From a virus (taxonomy: Duplodnaviria > Heunggongvirae > Uroviricota > Caudoviricetes): a DNA stretch of 23,793 bases. The stretch lies in IMG/VR virus record IMGVR_UViG_3300017971_002799, positions 64,001-87,793 of that record. One strand, given 5' to 3'. Below, piece after piece: positions 9,118 through 17,823 of the stretch; position 1 is the first letter of the stretch; each line of letters starts with the position of its first letter. A model generated the notes under the pieces. It was not told the DNA's origin and made no database searches. It worked only from the letters and a program-made list of their open reading frames with translations. Both the position numbers and the translations under genes were made by a program.

Positions 9118-9324
9118 TCAAACCCTCTCTATCAAACCAAACTCTTCCAAACGCAGAACCTCTTTATAAGAAGTTTCCGGTAGAAAACCCGCCTCCCTAA
9201 CGGAGTCAAGCAAGGCGTAATCATAAGGAACATTTTTAAACCAGCTATAAGGCCCAAACCTCTCGCTATAAGAATCTAAACGCTCCTCACCATCAGGAGT
9301 TAGGATAACTTCAATAACAGGCAC
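9118..9324 (-). CDS. Hypothetical protein (68 aa, GTG start)
   Basis: ORF track; preceded by the GAGGTTGT-N5 start motif. Confidence 0.65.
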   Translation of the reverse strand: MPVIEVILTPDGEERLDSYSERFGPYSWFKNVPYDYALLDSVREAGFLPETSYKEVLRLEEFGLIERV

Positions 9325-9645
9325 CTAAAACAACCTCTTCTTCTTTTTAAAAAGTCTCGTCTGCGCTAAAGGTCCCCCAACATACAAATCCAAGTTACGA
9401 ATCGACTCATCAGGGTTTCTTATACCCTTCGGCACTGACTTCTTCAGAACTGAGGTAACAGCATCCATCTGCCTCTGGCGTCTCTCACGTCCACCCTCGC
9501 GCTGGACAGCCTCCAATCTTTTATTAAGAGATTCTATCTCAGCCCTCAATTCTGACGTACTAGCAGAGACGTCATCAGCGGTAGCATACTTGCTAACAGG
9601 AAGCTCTTGCTTCTTACCCTTAATAAGATCTCTAAGCTTTCCCAT
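9325..9645 (-). CDS. Coiled-coil protein with basic C-terminus (106 aa; start re-assigned to MGKLRDL)
   Basis: Heptads SELRAEIESLNKRLEAVQRE; ends KKKKRLF. Confidence 0.6.
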   Translation of the reverse strand: MGKLRDLIKGKKQELPVSKYATADDVSASTSELRAEIESLNKRLEAVQREGGRERRQRQMDAVTSVLKKSVPKGIRNPDESIRNLDLYVGGPLAQTRLFKKKKRLF

Positions 9646-9865
9646 GTTTAAAATTCTTCCCCCAAGCAGCATTATTCTGCTGAGCCATTTGCGCTCTGAT
9701 CTCTCTAGCAGCTACTTTACGATCCCAAGAATCGGTTTCAAAAGTATCACCATTTCCTCCGTAATACTTCTCTAAATGTCGATCGGCCCTATCTTGAGAA
9801 CGGAAAGGAGTATCAACCATAAAACCTCTGCCAGTGTTTGTATAACGTATGGCCCACCAAGGCAT
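9632..9865 (-). CDS. Hypothetical protein (77 aa)
   Basis: TAATG stop/start overlap with the upstream gene. Confidence 0.65.
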   Translation of the reverse strand: MPWWAIRYTNTGRGFMVDTPFRSQDRADRHLEKYYGGNGDTFETDSWDRKVAAREIRAQMAQQNNAAWGKNFKHGKA

Positions 9866-10098
9866 TACCTTCCCTCTCTAAGCATGTTGCGCACGAAGAA
9901 GCCTTCAGACTCCGAACTTAAAGGACCTACAGCTCTGGCATCTCCTCTCTCCTGCCAAGCCTCCAAGGGACCAACTATCCCCTCGTAACAACTGTAACAA
10001 GTAACATCTTGGACTTCTCCGCCTTCATCTGTAGGTGATCCAGGCAAAGGCATAAACGGTCCTTCTTGCCTACCACAAAATGCACATTCTCGGTTCAT
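9865..10098 (-). CDS. CxxC-CxxC zinc-finger protein (77 aa; ATG start re-assigned from 10107)
   Basis: CAFC ... CYSC. Confidence 0.65.
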   Translation of the reverse strand: MNRECAFCGRQEGPFMPLPGSPTDEGGEVQDVTCYSCYEGIVGPLEAWQERGDARAVGPLSSESEGFFVRNMLREGR

Positions 10099-10110
10099 TT
10101 CAAACAACCT

Positions 10111-13100
10111 CTATATCTCAATTAGAGTCTCGGCAGTTTCAGTAGGAATCCTCTTCTTCTTTCCCTTCTTCTTCTTTTTCCTAGACACCTTAGTTCTGCC
10201 TAACTCTTTCGCACCATAGGGAACAGCAATACCACCACCCAAAATCCGCTCAATTGTTCTACCAGTCCAAGGATCTCTAAAGTGGGCAGCAAGTGTAGGA
10301 ACTCTCCAATAACCACCCGCCATCCTCCGGGTAAATCGTCCACCAGCAACGCCTCCACCGGCTCCCATTATTCCAGCGCCAAGAGGTAAGAATGGCAGGA
10401 ATGGTGGAGTCGTCAAAGGAATTTGTGGAGTACTAACAGGAGCGAAACCTGGGCCACTAATTGGCGGCCTCGGGTAGTAATCAGGGTAATCAACAGTTAC
10501 CTGCGGAATCGTCTCTGGTATCTCCGTAGGTATCGTCTCCGGAATAAACGTCGGGACCTCTATAGGTGTAACTTCCGTAATCCCAGGCACTACATCCACG
10601 GGAGCAATCTCTGGAATCCCAGGCTCAGCAATTGTAGGAACTCCTGGCTCTACAGGAGGCTCGAATACTGGTACAGGTCTTACAGTAGGCGCTATATCAA
10701 CCCTCGCGGCAGCCGGCTCATAAGCCCTTGTAGGCATTACATCGTAGACGGTAGGAACCTCAGTTGTAGCTACTGTCGGCCTCGTAGTCACCCTAATCAT
10801 TGTAGGCGCAACCCTTGCAGTGGGGATGCTGGGAGCTGTTACGGTCGCAGGAACTCTTGCAGTTACACCGGGTCTAGCAACATATCGCCGCGCCTGCTCA
10901 GGAGTCAATCGCCCCGCCTCTACCATTCTATCTAACATACTTAACTCAGCGGGACTTATCTCAGAAGACACCCCCACCATTTCAAACGGGGCAGCAGCAA
11001 CGACTCCTGGGAAAGTGGTAATAGCTGCTAGTCCGGCCCTCTGCAACGCGAGACTGGAAACGCCGGGTAAACCAGGCACGCTAGGAAGGCCTATACCCCT
11101 TACTTGTCCGGGAAGACCCGCAAGCGTCTGTCTCCAGCTGGCGAACCTACTAGGAACACTAGGAGCAACCTCAACAGGACGAACTATAGCAGGTCTTTCA
11201 GCAACAGGAGATACATAACCAGTTCTAGCATAAGAAGGAGCACCCCAAACCTTGGGATCGTAACGATACCCAGGATAATAAATCTGAGGAGACGGTATAT
11301 CCATTCCAGCTACAACCTGACCCGCAGCTCTTGTAAGAGGAGCTCCAGTAGGTGCTTTAGGTGTTAATCCAAACGGGTCAACATCAATAGCAGGACCTGC
11401 AGGTCTAAACTGTCCTGGATACTCATACGCAACCTGAGCCATCGGCCTTGAAGGAGTTATAGGTGCTCCCCTAGGAGCTAGCGTAACAGGAGCAGCCTCC
11501 CCTGGGACTATATAAACAGGCTCACCAACACCCGCACCTGGTACGGTTGCTCTCATGCCTGAAGGCTCTAAAGGTACATCAACACCAGGTCGAGTAGGTT
11601 CTGCAAGCGTATATCTAACCCTACCAGTACCAGTAGGAGTTACTTCATAAGGAGCCATTCCTGTAACTCTTTCAGAAACAGTCCGAAGAGGATCAATTCC
11701 TCTAGGCCGCATCATAACAGTAGCGGGCTGACCCCCTAGAGCAGCTTTCTCCCAAGAAGGTCTAAACGGTGCATATGTAGCAAGACCAACATCAGTTAAC
11801 CTTTGCTTAGCCCACTGAGCAGGAACTCTCACCGGAGTCGTTACCCTTTGCACCGTGGGTGTTTGATAAAACTTCCCAATTTGCGCTCTCGTAGTTGGGG
11901 CTGTCTGTATCGCAGTCGACGCAGCAGCTCCCTTAATACCTTCTCTCGCCAAAGCAGCCGCGTGAGGATCATAAACACCCCTACCTGTAGCTATTTTCCA
12001 AGGAGCTTTCACAGTCTCAACAAAACCAGTAGGTGTAAACGGGTACTTGAAAGAAGCCCCAAACTCTCTAACAGCTCCCGTGACAGTTCCCTTTAAAGGT
12101 TGTGCACCAGTAACAACTCTCATACCTTGTCTAGCCATCTGAATAGGAAATAAAGGTACATCTCTGACTAATCCGTAACCAGAATAAGCCACCCTACCCA
12201 CAGGGCTCCTCACTAAAGCTCCAGCTACTCCTGTAGTCCTAGCACCCATAGCAATCCCAGGAGAAACAACTCCCCTAGCAACTGCACCGGCAACAGGTAT
12301 AACAAGAAGAATATCTCCTGCTATAGATAAATACGTCCAACCGCTTTTTAAACCTCTCTCCTTAATTGTCAAAGCAGTACCGTAAACGGGAATCATATAC
12401 TTCCCAATATCCCAAACACCACTACCCTTAAAGTAATCTTCTTTATGTTCCTCAAAGGGCTTATACTCCAATCGCTCCCTGTTTTCAGTTGCAATAGTAT
12501 AAGACTCATAAGCCTCTTCCGCTCTAGGATCACCAGGCTCTCCAAACAAACCCTCTGAGTAAGCCTCGTCTATAACATCCTGTTGTCCCTTATTAACAGC
12601 ATCTACGATGAACATGTGATTTCTGTACTCATTCATCATAGAATCCCAGTCATAAGCCTCCGTGCGAGCCTCGCCGCCAGTCATTATTTCAGTAAAACGA
12701 GCACCGGACTGTTCCCAGAAATCAGACTTCTCACCTTCCTCTAAAGCCCTATAGTAATCAGGATCTCTCACCGGCTCTGTCTCGACCCACTCTTCCAAAC
12801 CCATAAACTCTGGCTCGCCTTCTCGAATGACTCCTCCAGGAAGATTAACACCGTCAGCAACAGACGAACCGAAAAGCTTTCGCGCATCTCCTAGAGAGAT
12901 CAAACCCTCTTGATAAGCCCCCCTCACATCACCAAGAGACACACCACCAAGATTACCCTCGGCATCTTGAGTACCATAACCGGCATCAACCATATCTTGA
13001 AGAACATCAGTTAACCTGTAAGCATCAGCAGCAGTAGCGGCAGCAGTCCTCCGAACAACACTCTCAACAGGTTCTATACCTTGCTCAGCGAACATCTGAA

Positions 13101-15405
13101 AACCCCAACCCGGCTGACCGAAAGTTAACTGTTTTAGATAATCACGACTCACCCACTCCCCAGTAGCTGGTGACTGAATCATAACTTCGTCTTTAGCCCT
13201 ATCGATGTAAGAATACTCCTCAGGCTTGACTGTAATATCAAAAGACTGATCCCAACCCTCAACCTGATTCCTAATAAACTCATCACGACTAACAGCCATC
13301 GTCTGGCCTTCAAGAGCAACTTGAGCGGCAACCTGATCCCAATTACGTCCAGCATCCTCAGCTATATCAGACAACTGAGATTCAACTCTATCTTGGGCTT
13401 CGTCTAAGGATATACCCAAAGCAGTAGCTAACTCCTCAGCACCGTAAGCAACCTCTCTTCTAGTAGGAAGTAAAGCGGAAATCTGATCTCTATCAAGACC
13501 AGTAACATCCAATCTTTGAGTCTCGCCGCCCCACTCAAACTCAACAAACTGACCCGCTTGCTCCACCTTAGTCGTCATCTTAGGAACAGCCACCCAAGTA
13601 GTTCCTTCGGCAGGAACCTCTGCGGGGGCATGCATACCCGAGACAGCTACAAGCTCTGTCCTTGCAGGAATAGCATCCATCTCACCTGCAGCTATTAATC
13701 TCTCCTCCTCCAAAGCTCCTCTAATAACCTCAGCCTGACCCAAAGTAGGAAGAATACCTCTTTGAGCCTCTATAATATCCGCTTGACTGTAAGGAATAGC
13801 CGCATCTTCGTATCCAGGTGTAGGTCTATAAGGAACAACCCAACCTGTTACACCTCTATCCCGAGAACCAAAGAAAGTAGGAGTAGCCGTTAACTCACTA
13901 ACAGGTGTTAAAGAAGGACCAGTTGGAGTAGCCCATGTACCCTTAGGACCCCAACCGCCAGTAAGAGGAGAAACAGGAGCAACAGGAGAAACCTCGCCCT
14001 CAAGCACAGGAATTACGTTAGTAGCCTGACTAGCTCTTATCTTAGCCCCGACAGGAGTTGTAACCCAATCACCCTCTATTTCATAACCGGGAGGAAGATA
14101 AATATCCTCTCCTTTGTAACCAACTACCTGACCACCTACACGAAAACCCTCCGGGAGATCGACTTCAGCACCTTCAACGGGAACTTCCATAGGTACTCTT
14201 AAAAGCATACCAAGAGGAGTACCGCCAATCTCAACCGTTGTAGTAGATTTAGGAAGAGGCGTCGGAGGTCCAACTCTACCAGCAGCTACATCCAACTCAT
14301 AATCGTAAAAAGCAGGGGTTACTTGTGTAAGAGTCGGAGGAGTTACAGCCGCTCCCAGTCTAGTACCAACAGGAATCACAGAAGGAGTAGGCGTAACAAG
14401 TGGTGGTCTAGTGACTACAGGAGCAACAGGTATCTCTCTTCCCTCGATAACAGCCTGCATAGCTCTCTCATCACCAGAAGCCACCAACCCAGCCCATTCT
14501 CTATGAGTAACACCCGCAGGTTTGTGATAAGTAACACCACTCTCAGCTGTAAACTTGTCAGGAACAACAGCTGCAGCTAACTGCTCCGCTCTGGCTTCAA
14601 CAGCAGCCACCTCTATAGACTCTCTTTCACGTATCTCAGCTAAAGCGGTAGCGTCAGTAACCTTTTGTTGGGGAGTAAGAACTACTCCGGCTTGTATAGC
14701 TGCAACAGTAGAAGATACTACACCAGGATCAGGAGTAATACCAGCAGCTACCTGCTGAGCAGCCTGTGTCTGCCTTTTGGACATCTCAGCAACGGCAGGA
14801 GCAAACTCTGGCTTACTAGTATCCGCCTCCCTAATAGTTTCCCACAACTCAACATTAGAAGCAGTCTCTAACCCCGTCTCCCTTACAGGAGAAGGTTGAA
14901 CTACAACTGCGGGTGCAGCATCTACAGGCAGTATACCTCCAGGCATGGCAATACCGCCACCAATTAACTGCTGCTGACTCTCATACTGCTCCATAGCAGC
15001 AACATACGACTGCGGCACCATAGTCCCGTACTTGTTAGAGTACGTAAGTCGCGTTCCAGGCGTCCTATAGGCCTCCTCTAGATACTGAGTCAATACTGGG
15101 GCTTGAACATCTGCAACGCCTCTAACAGGAGCAACCGTTGTGCCTGAGATAACACCTGCAGTAACATACTCTTGAGTAAGCCTCTGTTTCTCAGCCTCTG
15201 TCTCAGCGGCAGCGACCTTACTAAAAGCGGCCCACTGCTCCGGAGTGCCCCCATGTTGCTCTGCAGCACTAATCGCCTGAGCCGCAACAGTTGGAGTAAC
15301 ACCCGTAGCCGCAGCTTGAGTTGCTACCTGTTGTACAGCTTGAGCTGAAGTTCCCAAACCAGCAGCCTGAGCCGCAGCAACTGCTTGTTCTAATGCCGTA
15401 GTCAT
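10111..15405 (-). CDS. Giant low-complexity protein (1764 aa), putative internal virion / DNA-delivery protein
   Basis: Long ORF; Ala/Gln-rich N-terminus, Pro/Thr/Val-rich tracts, central hydrophobic segment YLSIAGDILLVIPVAGAVARGVV, Gly-rich stretch and SRKKKKKGKKKR tail. Function is inferred. Confidence 0.7.
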   Translation of the reverse strand: MTTALEQAVAAAQAAGLGTSAQAVQQVATQAAATGVTPTVAAQAISAAEQHGGTPEQWAAFSKVAAAETEAEKQRLTQEYVTAGVISGTTVAPVRGVADVQAPVLTQYLEEAYRTPGTRLTYSNKYGTMVPQSYVAAMEQYESQQQLIGGGIAMPGGILPVDAAPAVVVQPSPVRETGLETASNVELWETIREADTSKPEFAPAVAEMSKRQTQAAQQVAAGITPDPGVVSSTVAAIQAGVVLTPQQKVTDATALAEIRERESIEVAAVEARAEQLAAAVVPDKFTAESGVTYHKPAGVTHREWAGLVASGDERAMQAVIEGREIPVAPVVTRPPLVTPTPSVIPVGTRLGAAVTPPTLTQVTPAFYDYELDVAAGRVGPPTPLPKSTTTVEIGGTPLGMLLRVPMEVPVEGAEVDLPEGFRVGGQVVGYKGEDIYLPPGYEIEGDWVTTPVGAKIRASQATNVIPVLEGEVSPVAPVSPLTGGWGPKGTWATPTGPSLTPVSELTATPTFFGSRDRGVTGWVVPYRPTPGYEDAAIPYSQADIIEAQRGILPTLGQAEVIRGALEEERLIAAGEMDAIPARTELVAVSGMHAPAEVPAEGTTWVAVPKMTTKVEQAGQFVEFEWGGETQRLDVTGLDRDQISALLPTRREVAYGAEELATALGISLDEAQDRVESQLSDIAEDAGRNWDQVAAQVALEGQTMAVSRDEFIRNQVEGWDQSFDITVKPEEYSYIDRAKDEVMIQSPATGEWVSRDYLKQLTFGQPGWGFQMFAEQGIEPVESVVRRTAAATAADAYRLTDVLQDMVDAGYGTQDAEGNLGGVSLGDVRGAYQEGLISLGDARKLFGSSVADGVNLPGGVIREGEPEFMGLEEWVETEPVRDPDYYRALEEGEKSDFWEQSGARFTEIMTGGEARTEAYDWDSMMNEYRNHMFIVDAVNKGQQDVIDEAYSEGLFGEPGDPRAEEAYESYTIATENRERLEYKPFEEHKEDYFKGSGVWDIGKYMIPVYGTALTIKERGLKSGWTYLSIAGDILLVIPVAGAVARGVVSPGIAMGARTTGVAGALVRSPVGRVAYSGYGLVRDVPLFPIQMARQGMRVVTGAQPLKGTVTGAVREFGASFKYPFTPTGFVETVKAPWKIATGRGVYDPHAAALAREGIKGAAASTAIQTAPTTRAQIGKFYQTPTVQRVTTPVRVPAQWAKQRLTDVGLATYAPFRPSWEKAALGGQPATVMMRPRGIDPLRTVSERVTGMAPYEVTPTGTGRVRYTLAEPTRPGVDVPLEPSGMRATVPGAGVGEPVYIVPGEAAPVTLAPRGAPITPSRPMAQVAYEYPGQFRPAGPAIDVDPFGLTPKAPTGAPLTRAAGQVVAGMDIPSPQIYYPGYRYDPKVWGAPSYARTGYVSPVAERPAIVRPVEVAPSVPSRFASWRQTLAGLPGQVRGIGLPSVPGLPGVSSLALQRAGLAAITTFPGVVAAAPFEMVGVSSEISPAELSMLDRMVEAGRLTPEQARRYVARPGVTARVPATVTAPSIPTARVAPTMIRVTTRPTVATTEVPTVYDVMPTRAYEPAAARVDIAPTVRPVPVFEPPVEPGVPTIAEPGIPEIAPVDVVPGITEVTPIEVPTFIPETIPTEIPETIPQVTVDYPDYYPRPPISGPGFAPVSTPQIPLTTPPFLPFLPLGAGIMGAGGGVAGGRFTRRMAGGYWRVPTLAAHFRDPWTGRTIERILGGGIAVPYGAKELGRTKVSRKKKKKGKKKRIPTETAETLIEI

Positions 15406-15417
15406 ATCCGACAACCT

Positions 15418-15882
15418 CTACACAAACTTAAAGGTGCGACCTTGTATCAAAATCCCACCTTTCTTTCTCTTCTTATCCGAAGTAAACCCATTTCCTTTAG
15501 GAGGGGTTATTGTAGAAGGGACACCTGAAGCGACAGCGCTAGACTTAACACCCTTCCTTCCCATACTTCCTTTTATATGTCCAGCCATAGCCTCAGCAAC
15601 ACCTGAAGGACCAACTATTTTCTTCTCCCTACCAGTTCTTGCACCAGTCGGACCTACCCTCCTCTGAGTAACCTGCTTAACCTTTGGAGCCTTCGGTTTC
15701 GCTCCCAATCCAGGCTTGCCAGGCGCTTTATGTTTTCGTTGAAAACCTGCACCCTGCCTTTTAGAAGAACGCGCGTCAAGTTCCTCAACCTGACCAGCAG
15801 TAAGCGTTGCACCTGTAGAAGCTGCAAGCATTCTCTTCATCTGCACGTCACTCATTCCAGTTCTCGGATCTAATCCAGCCAT
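15418..15882 (-). CDS. Lys/Arg-rich basic protein, candidate nucleoprotein (154 aa; start re-assigned from 16032)
   Basis: GGGGTTGT-N5-ATG follows the upstream stop and removes the overlap; very K/R/G-rich. Confidence 0.65.
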   Translation of the reverse strand: MAGLDPRTGMSDVQMKRMLAASTGATLTAGQVEELDARSSKRQGAGFQRKHKAPGKPGLGAKPKAPKVKQVTQRRVGPTGARTGREKKIVGPSGVAEAMAGHIKGSMGRKGVKSSAVASGVPSTITPPKGNGFTSDKKRKKGGILIQGRTFKFV

Positions 15883-15895
15883 TACAGACAACCCC

Positions 15896-16201
15896 TTATC
15901 CCATTCTATCGACAGCTTGTTGTATTCTGCCGTAATTGTTCTCAACAAAAGTTCTAGACCAGATAGCAGTACGAGGCACTCCCTTCGGCCAACCAGCCTC
16001 AATAAATGCAGCATTCGCGGCGTTGTAAACATTTTCCCCCATAAATACCCGCTGCGCTATATCGTCAACCATATCTTGTTCAGGGTCAGGAGCATCAGGC
16101 ACATCATCCCAATAAGGATTATACTTTCCCTCGGCCTTTAGTATATCCTTCTCCCGGCGAGTTAACGCCCCACTCTTTCCAAAGTCGCGAATATCTGACA
16201 T
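15896..16201 (-). CDS. Hypothetical protein (101 aa; ATG start re-assigned from 16210)
   Basis: GAGGTTGT-N5-ATG start motif; abuts neighbours. Confidence 0.65.
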   Translation of the reverse strand: MSDIRDFGKSGALTRREKDILKAEGKYNPYWDDVPDAPDPEQDMVDDIAQRVFMGENVYNAANAAFIEAGWPKGVPRTAIWSRTFVENNYGRIQQAVDRMG

Positions 16202-16213
16202 GATAAACAACCT

Positions 16214-16729
16214 CTAAAAAATTTGCCTCGCCCTTATACGTAATCCTGCAGGCTTCTGTCTTTGAGGCCTCCTCATTCCAAGTCTCATTTGAGGCAGAGC
16301 CGCTCTCCCCAGAGCAGGCATAGCAATTAATCCAGGAGAAGCTGCGGGTTGGGGAATTCTAGTCCTCCGGGCAGTTGGTTTTATGGACATAAAAGGATCG
16401 CTAGCTTGAGGCGTTACCATTTCCGAAGAAACAGCCGGAGTGCCGTGCAACATGAACTGCTGACTAGCTCTAGTTTCGGGCTCTTGGCCAGAAGCAATCA
16501 TCGCAGCCTTCTGCTCGCGTAACCTTTCAAAGGCATCTGAAGGATCTGAGGGGTCCAATCCTGTAGCGGGAAACTCTTGCTGAGGAGGTTCAGGAGGCTC
16601 ATATCCCGTAGCAGGCAACAGTTCTTGCAAGCTGGGCTTTGTTGTCCCAGGCCCGAAGACAAATCTTGGAGGACCTTCCATATCACTCGACATAGAAGCT
16701 ATATTAGGTAACACACTCGGTACAGGCAT
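16214..16729 (-). CDS. Pro-rich, probably disordered protein with Arg-rich tail (171 aa)
   Basis: GGGGGT SD 8 nt before ATG; first gene after an AT-rich intergenic region. Confidence 0.65.
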   Translation of the reverse strand: MPVPSVLPNIASMSSDMEGPPRFVFGPGTTKPSLQELLPATGYEPPEPPQQEFPATGLDPSDPSDAFERLREQKAAMIASGQEPETRASQQFMLHGTPAVSSEMVTPQASDPFMSIKPTARRTRIPQPAASPGLIAMPALGRAALPQMRLGMRRPQRQKPAGLRIRARQIF

Positions 16730-16741
16730 TTAACCTAACCC

Positions 16742-16753
16742 CCTTATATAAGG
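16742..16753. promoter_or_regulatory. Perfect 12-bp palindrome CCTTATATAAGG, possible operator upstream of the late operon
   Basis: Seen directly; sits in an AT-rich promoter-like gap between the terminator and the next gene. Confidence 0.35.
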
Positions 16754-16830
16754 AAGGATCTTTTATATATAATATACAAGAATATTGAACAGACCTACAA
16801 TTCGATACTAAATCTTTTCGGGGCCATATA

Positions 16831-16869
16831 GTAGAAGAGGCGCCGAGCTAAATTCAGCCCAAGCGCCCC
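16831..16869 (-). terminator. GC-rich hairpin after the capsid gene (terminator or RNA-stabilising stem)
   Basis: Minus strand GGGGCGC-TT-GGGCTGA...TTAGCTC-G-GCGCCTC then TTCTAC; the U-tract is weak. Confidence 0.55.
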
Positions 16870-16898
16870 TACCACTAATATATTTGAGGAACCAACCT

Positions 16899-17096
16899 CT
16901 AGCCTTGGCCGCCAATCCATGCGACGGCACCCAGGAGTATCACGGCTACGAAGACATACGGCAGTACGTCAACGAGCGCGGACAGTCCACTGGGGGTGTC
17001 CGTCGGCAGTGCATCGATGGTGGTCAAGATGGTGGGAATCAAGCTGACACCTACAACGATAGATATCATGATTCCGATCAGCACCGCTACCAACAT
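16899..17096 (-). CDS. Putative major capsid protein, spindle-shaped-virus (SSV1 VP1/His1-like) two-helix type (65 aa; ATG start re-assigned from 17105)
   Basis: MLVAVLIGIMISIVVGVSLIPTILTTI-DALPTDTPSG-LSALVDVLPYVFVAVILLGAVAW: two hydrophobic helices with G-x-x-L-h-P-x-I and L-h-x-h-h-P signatures around a polar turn; own GGAGG SD and terminator, as expected for a highly expressed gene. Confidence 0.7.
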   Translation of the reverse strand: MLVAVLIGIMISIVVGVSLIPTILTTIDALPTDTPSGLSALVDVLPYVFVAVILLGAVAWIGGQG

Positions 17097-17256
17097 TCGA
17101 GACAACCTCCGGTAAGATTTAGAAAAACGTTAGTCTTTCGGTACATTATAATTATCCCCAATATATCTGGACATTTCCATAGTCATATTATAAAGGACCA
17201 CTAAAAAATCACAGCTAACCTATACAACCAGTCAATGAGCCTTAATACGATGACTA

Positions 17257-17285
17257 TTGATTTTCTTCTTCCTATATGCTATAAT
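17257..17285 (+). promoter_or_regulatory. Bacterial sigma70/sigmaA promoter for the right arm
   Basis: TTGATT (17257-62), 17-nt spacer, TATAAT (17280-85) with extended -10 TG at 17277-78; AGGGAG SD and ATG at 17312 follow. Confidence 0.75.
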
Positions 17286-17311
17286 AATTACAACAGGGAG
17301 AACCAATACGT

Positions 17312-17539
17312 ATGGAAAAATGGACTGTCACAATCTTCGGACGGGAAATCACGGTATCCGCAGAAGACCGCTACAGAGCTAAGAGAGAGGCTGCTAAATC
17401 CTTTAATGCAACCACGGGTAACAACATAGCTATCTCTTCTCTTGTTGCCGTAGCTAGAATACGTAAACATAAAGACAACAGAATAAAATATGCGGACGTC
17501 CTCATTGATGATGTTAGTCTAGAAGGTTCAGAAGAATGA
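17312..17539 (+). CDS. Hypothetical protein, first early gene (75 aa)
   Basis: ORF directly after promoter and SD. Confidence 0.7.
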   Translation: MEKWTVTIFGREITVSAEDRYRAKREAAKSFNATTGNNIAISSLVAVARIRKHKDNRIKYADVLIDDVSLEGSEE

Positions 17540-17751
17540 TGTGTCAACACTGCCAAGACGCAATCATGACCTATAAGGAAACAAGCTTCGAAGCTGAAGC
17601 TCAACAAGGACAAAACCCTAGACGCCCCAATCACTTAATAGTCTTTATCTTCGAAAACTACGAGTGTGAATCATGTGGGACACAACTACAAACAAAAACA
17701 CAACAAACCTACGAACTGAAAACAGAAACACGCTTACGACTGAAGCTATAA
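17536..17751 (+). CDS. Zinc-ribbon protein (71 aa)
   Basis: CQHC ... CESC; ATGA overlap with the upstream gene. Confidence 0.65.
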   Translation: MMCQHCQDAIMTYKETSFEAEAQQGQNPRRPNHLIVFIFENYECESCGTQLQTKTQQTYELKTETRLRLKL

Positions 17752-17823
17752 TCAGACAATTCATAGCTCTCACCGTAGGTGTAATGTTATTAAATACAGC
17801 CGCAAAATATACGAAGGAGAAAT

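Noticed and set aside
773-14871. Plus-strand ORFs in the left arm (e.g. 773-988, 1958-2167, 6436-6624, 10423-10935, 10820-11218, 14323-14580)
   Set aside because: Antisense shadows of long, well-signalled minus-strand genes; no SD or recognisable motifs.
15883-16032. N-terminal extension of the 204-aa ORF
   Set aside because: It overlaps the upstream gene; the GGGGTTGT-N5-ATG at 15882 gives a clean start.
16760-16785. Archaeal TATA box (TTATATA) suggesting an archaeal host
   Set aside because: A generic AT-rich run, also compatible with a bacterial -10; outweighed by the sigma70 promoter, LuxR domains and lipobox, though not excluded.
16899-17105. Type IV pilin or archaellin interpretation of the small hydrophobic protein
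   Set aside because: No class III signal peptide (basic leader, G|F, E5), and it has two hydrophobic helices.
17145-17150. TATAAT on the minus strand as the capsid-gene promoter
   Set aside because: Plausible, but there is no matching -35 or extended -10, so not called.
16884-17204. 106-aa plus-strand ORF
   Set aside because: Antisense to the capsid gene and spans the promoter region.
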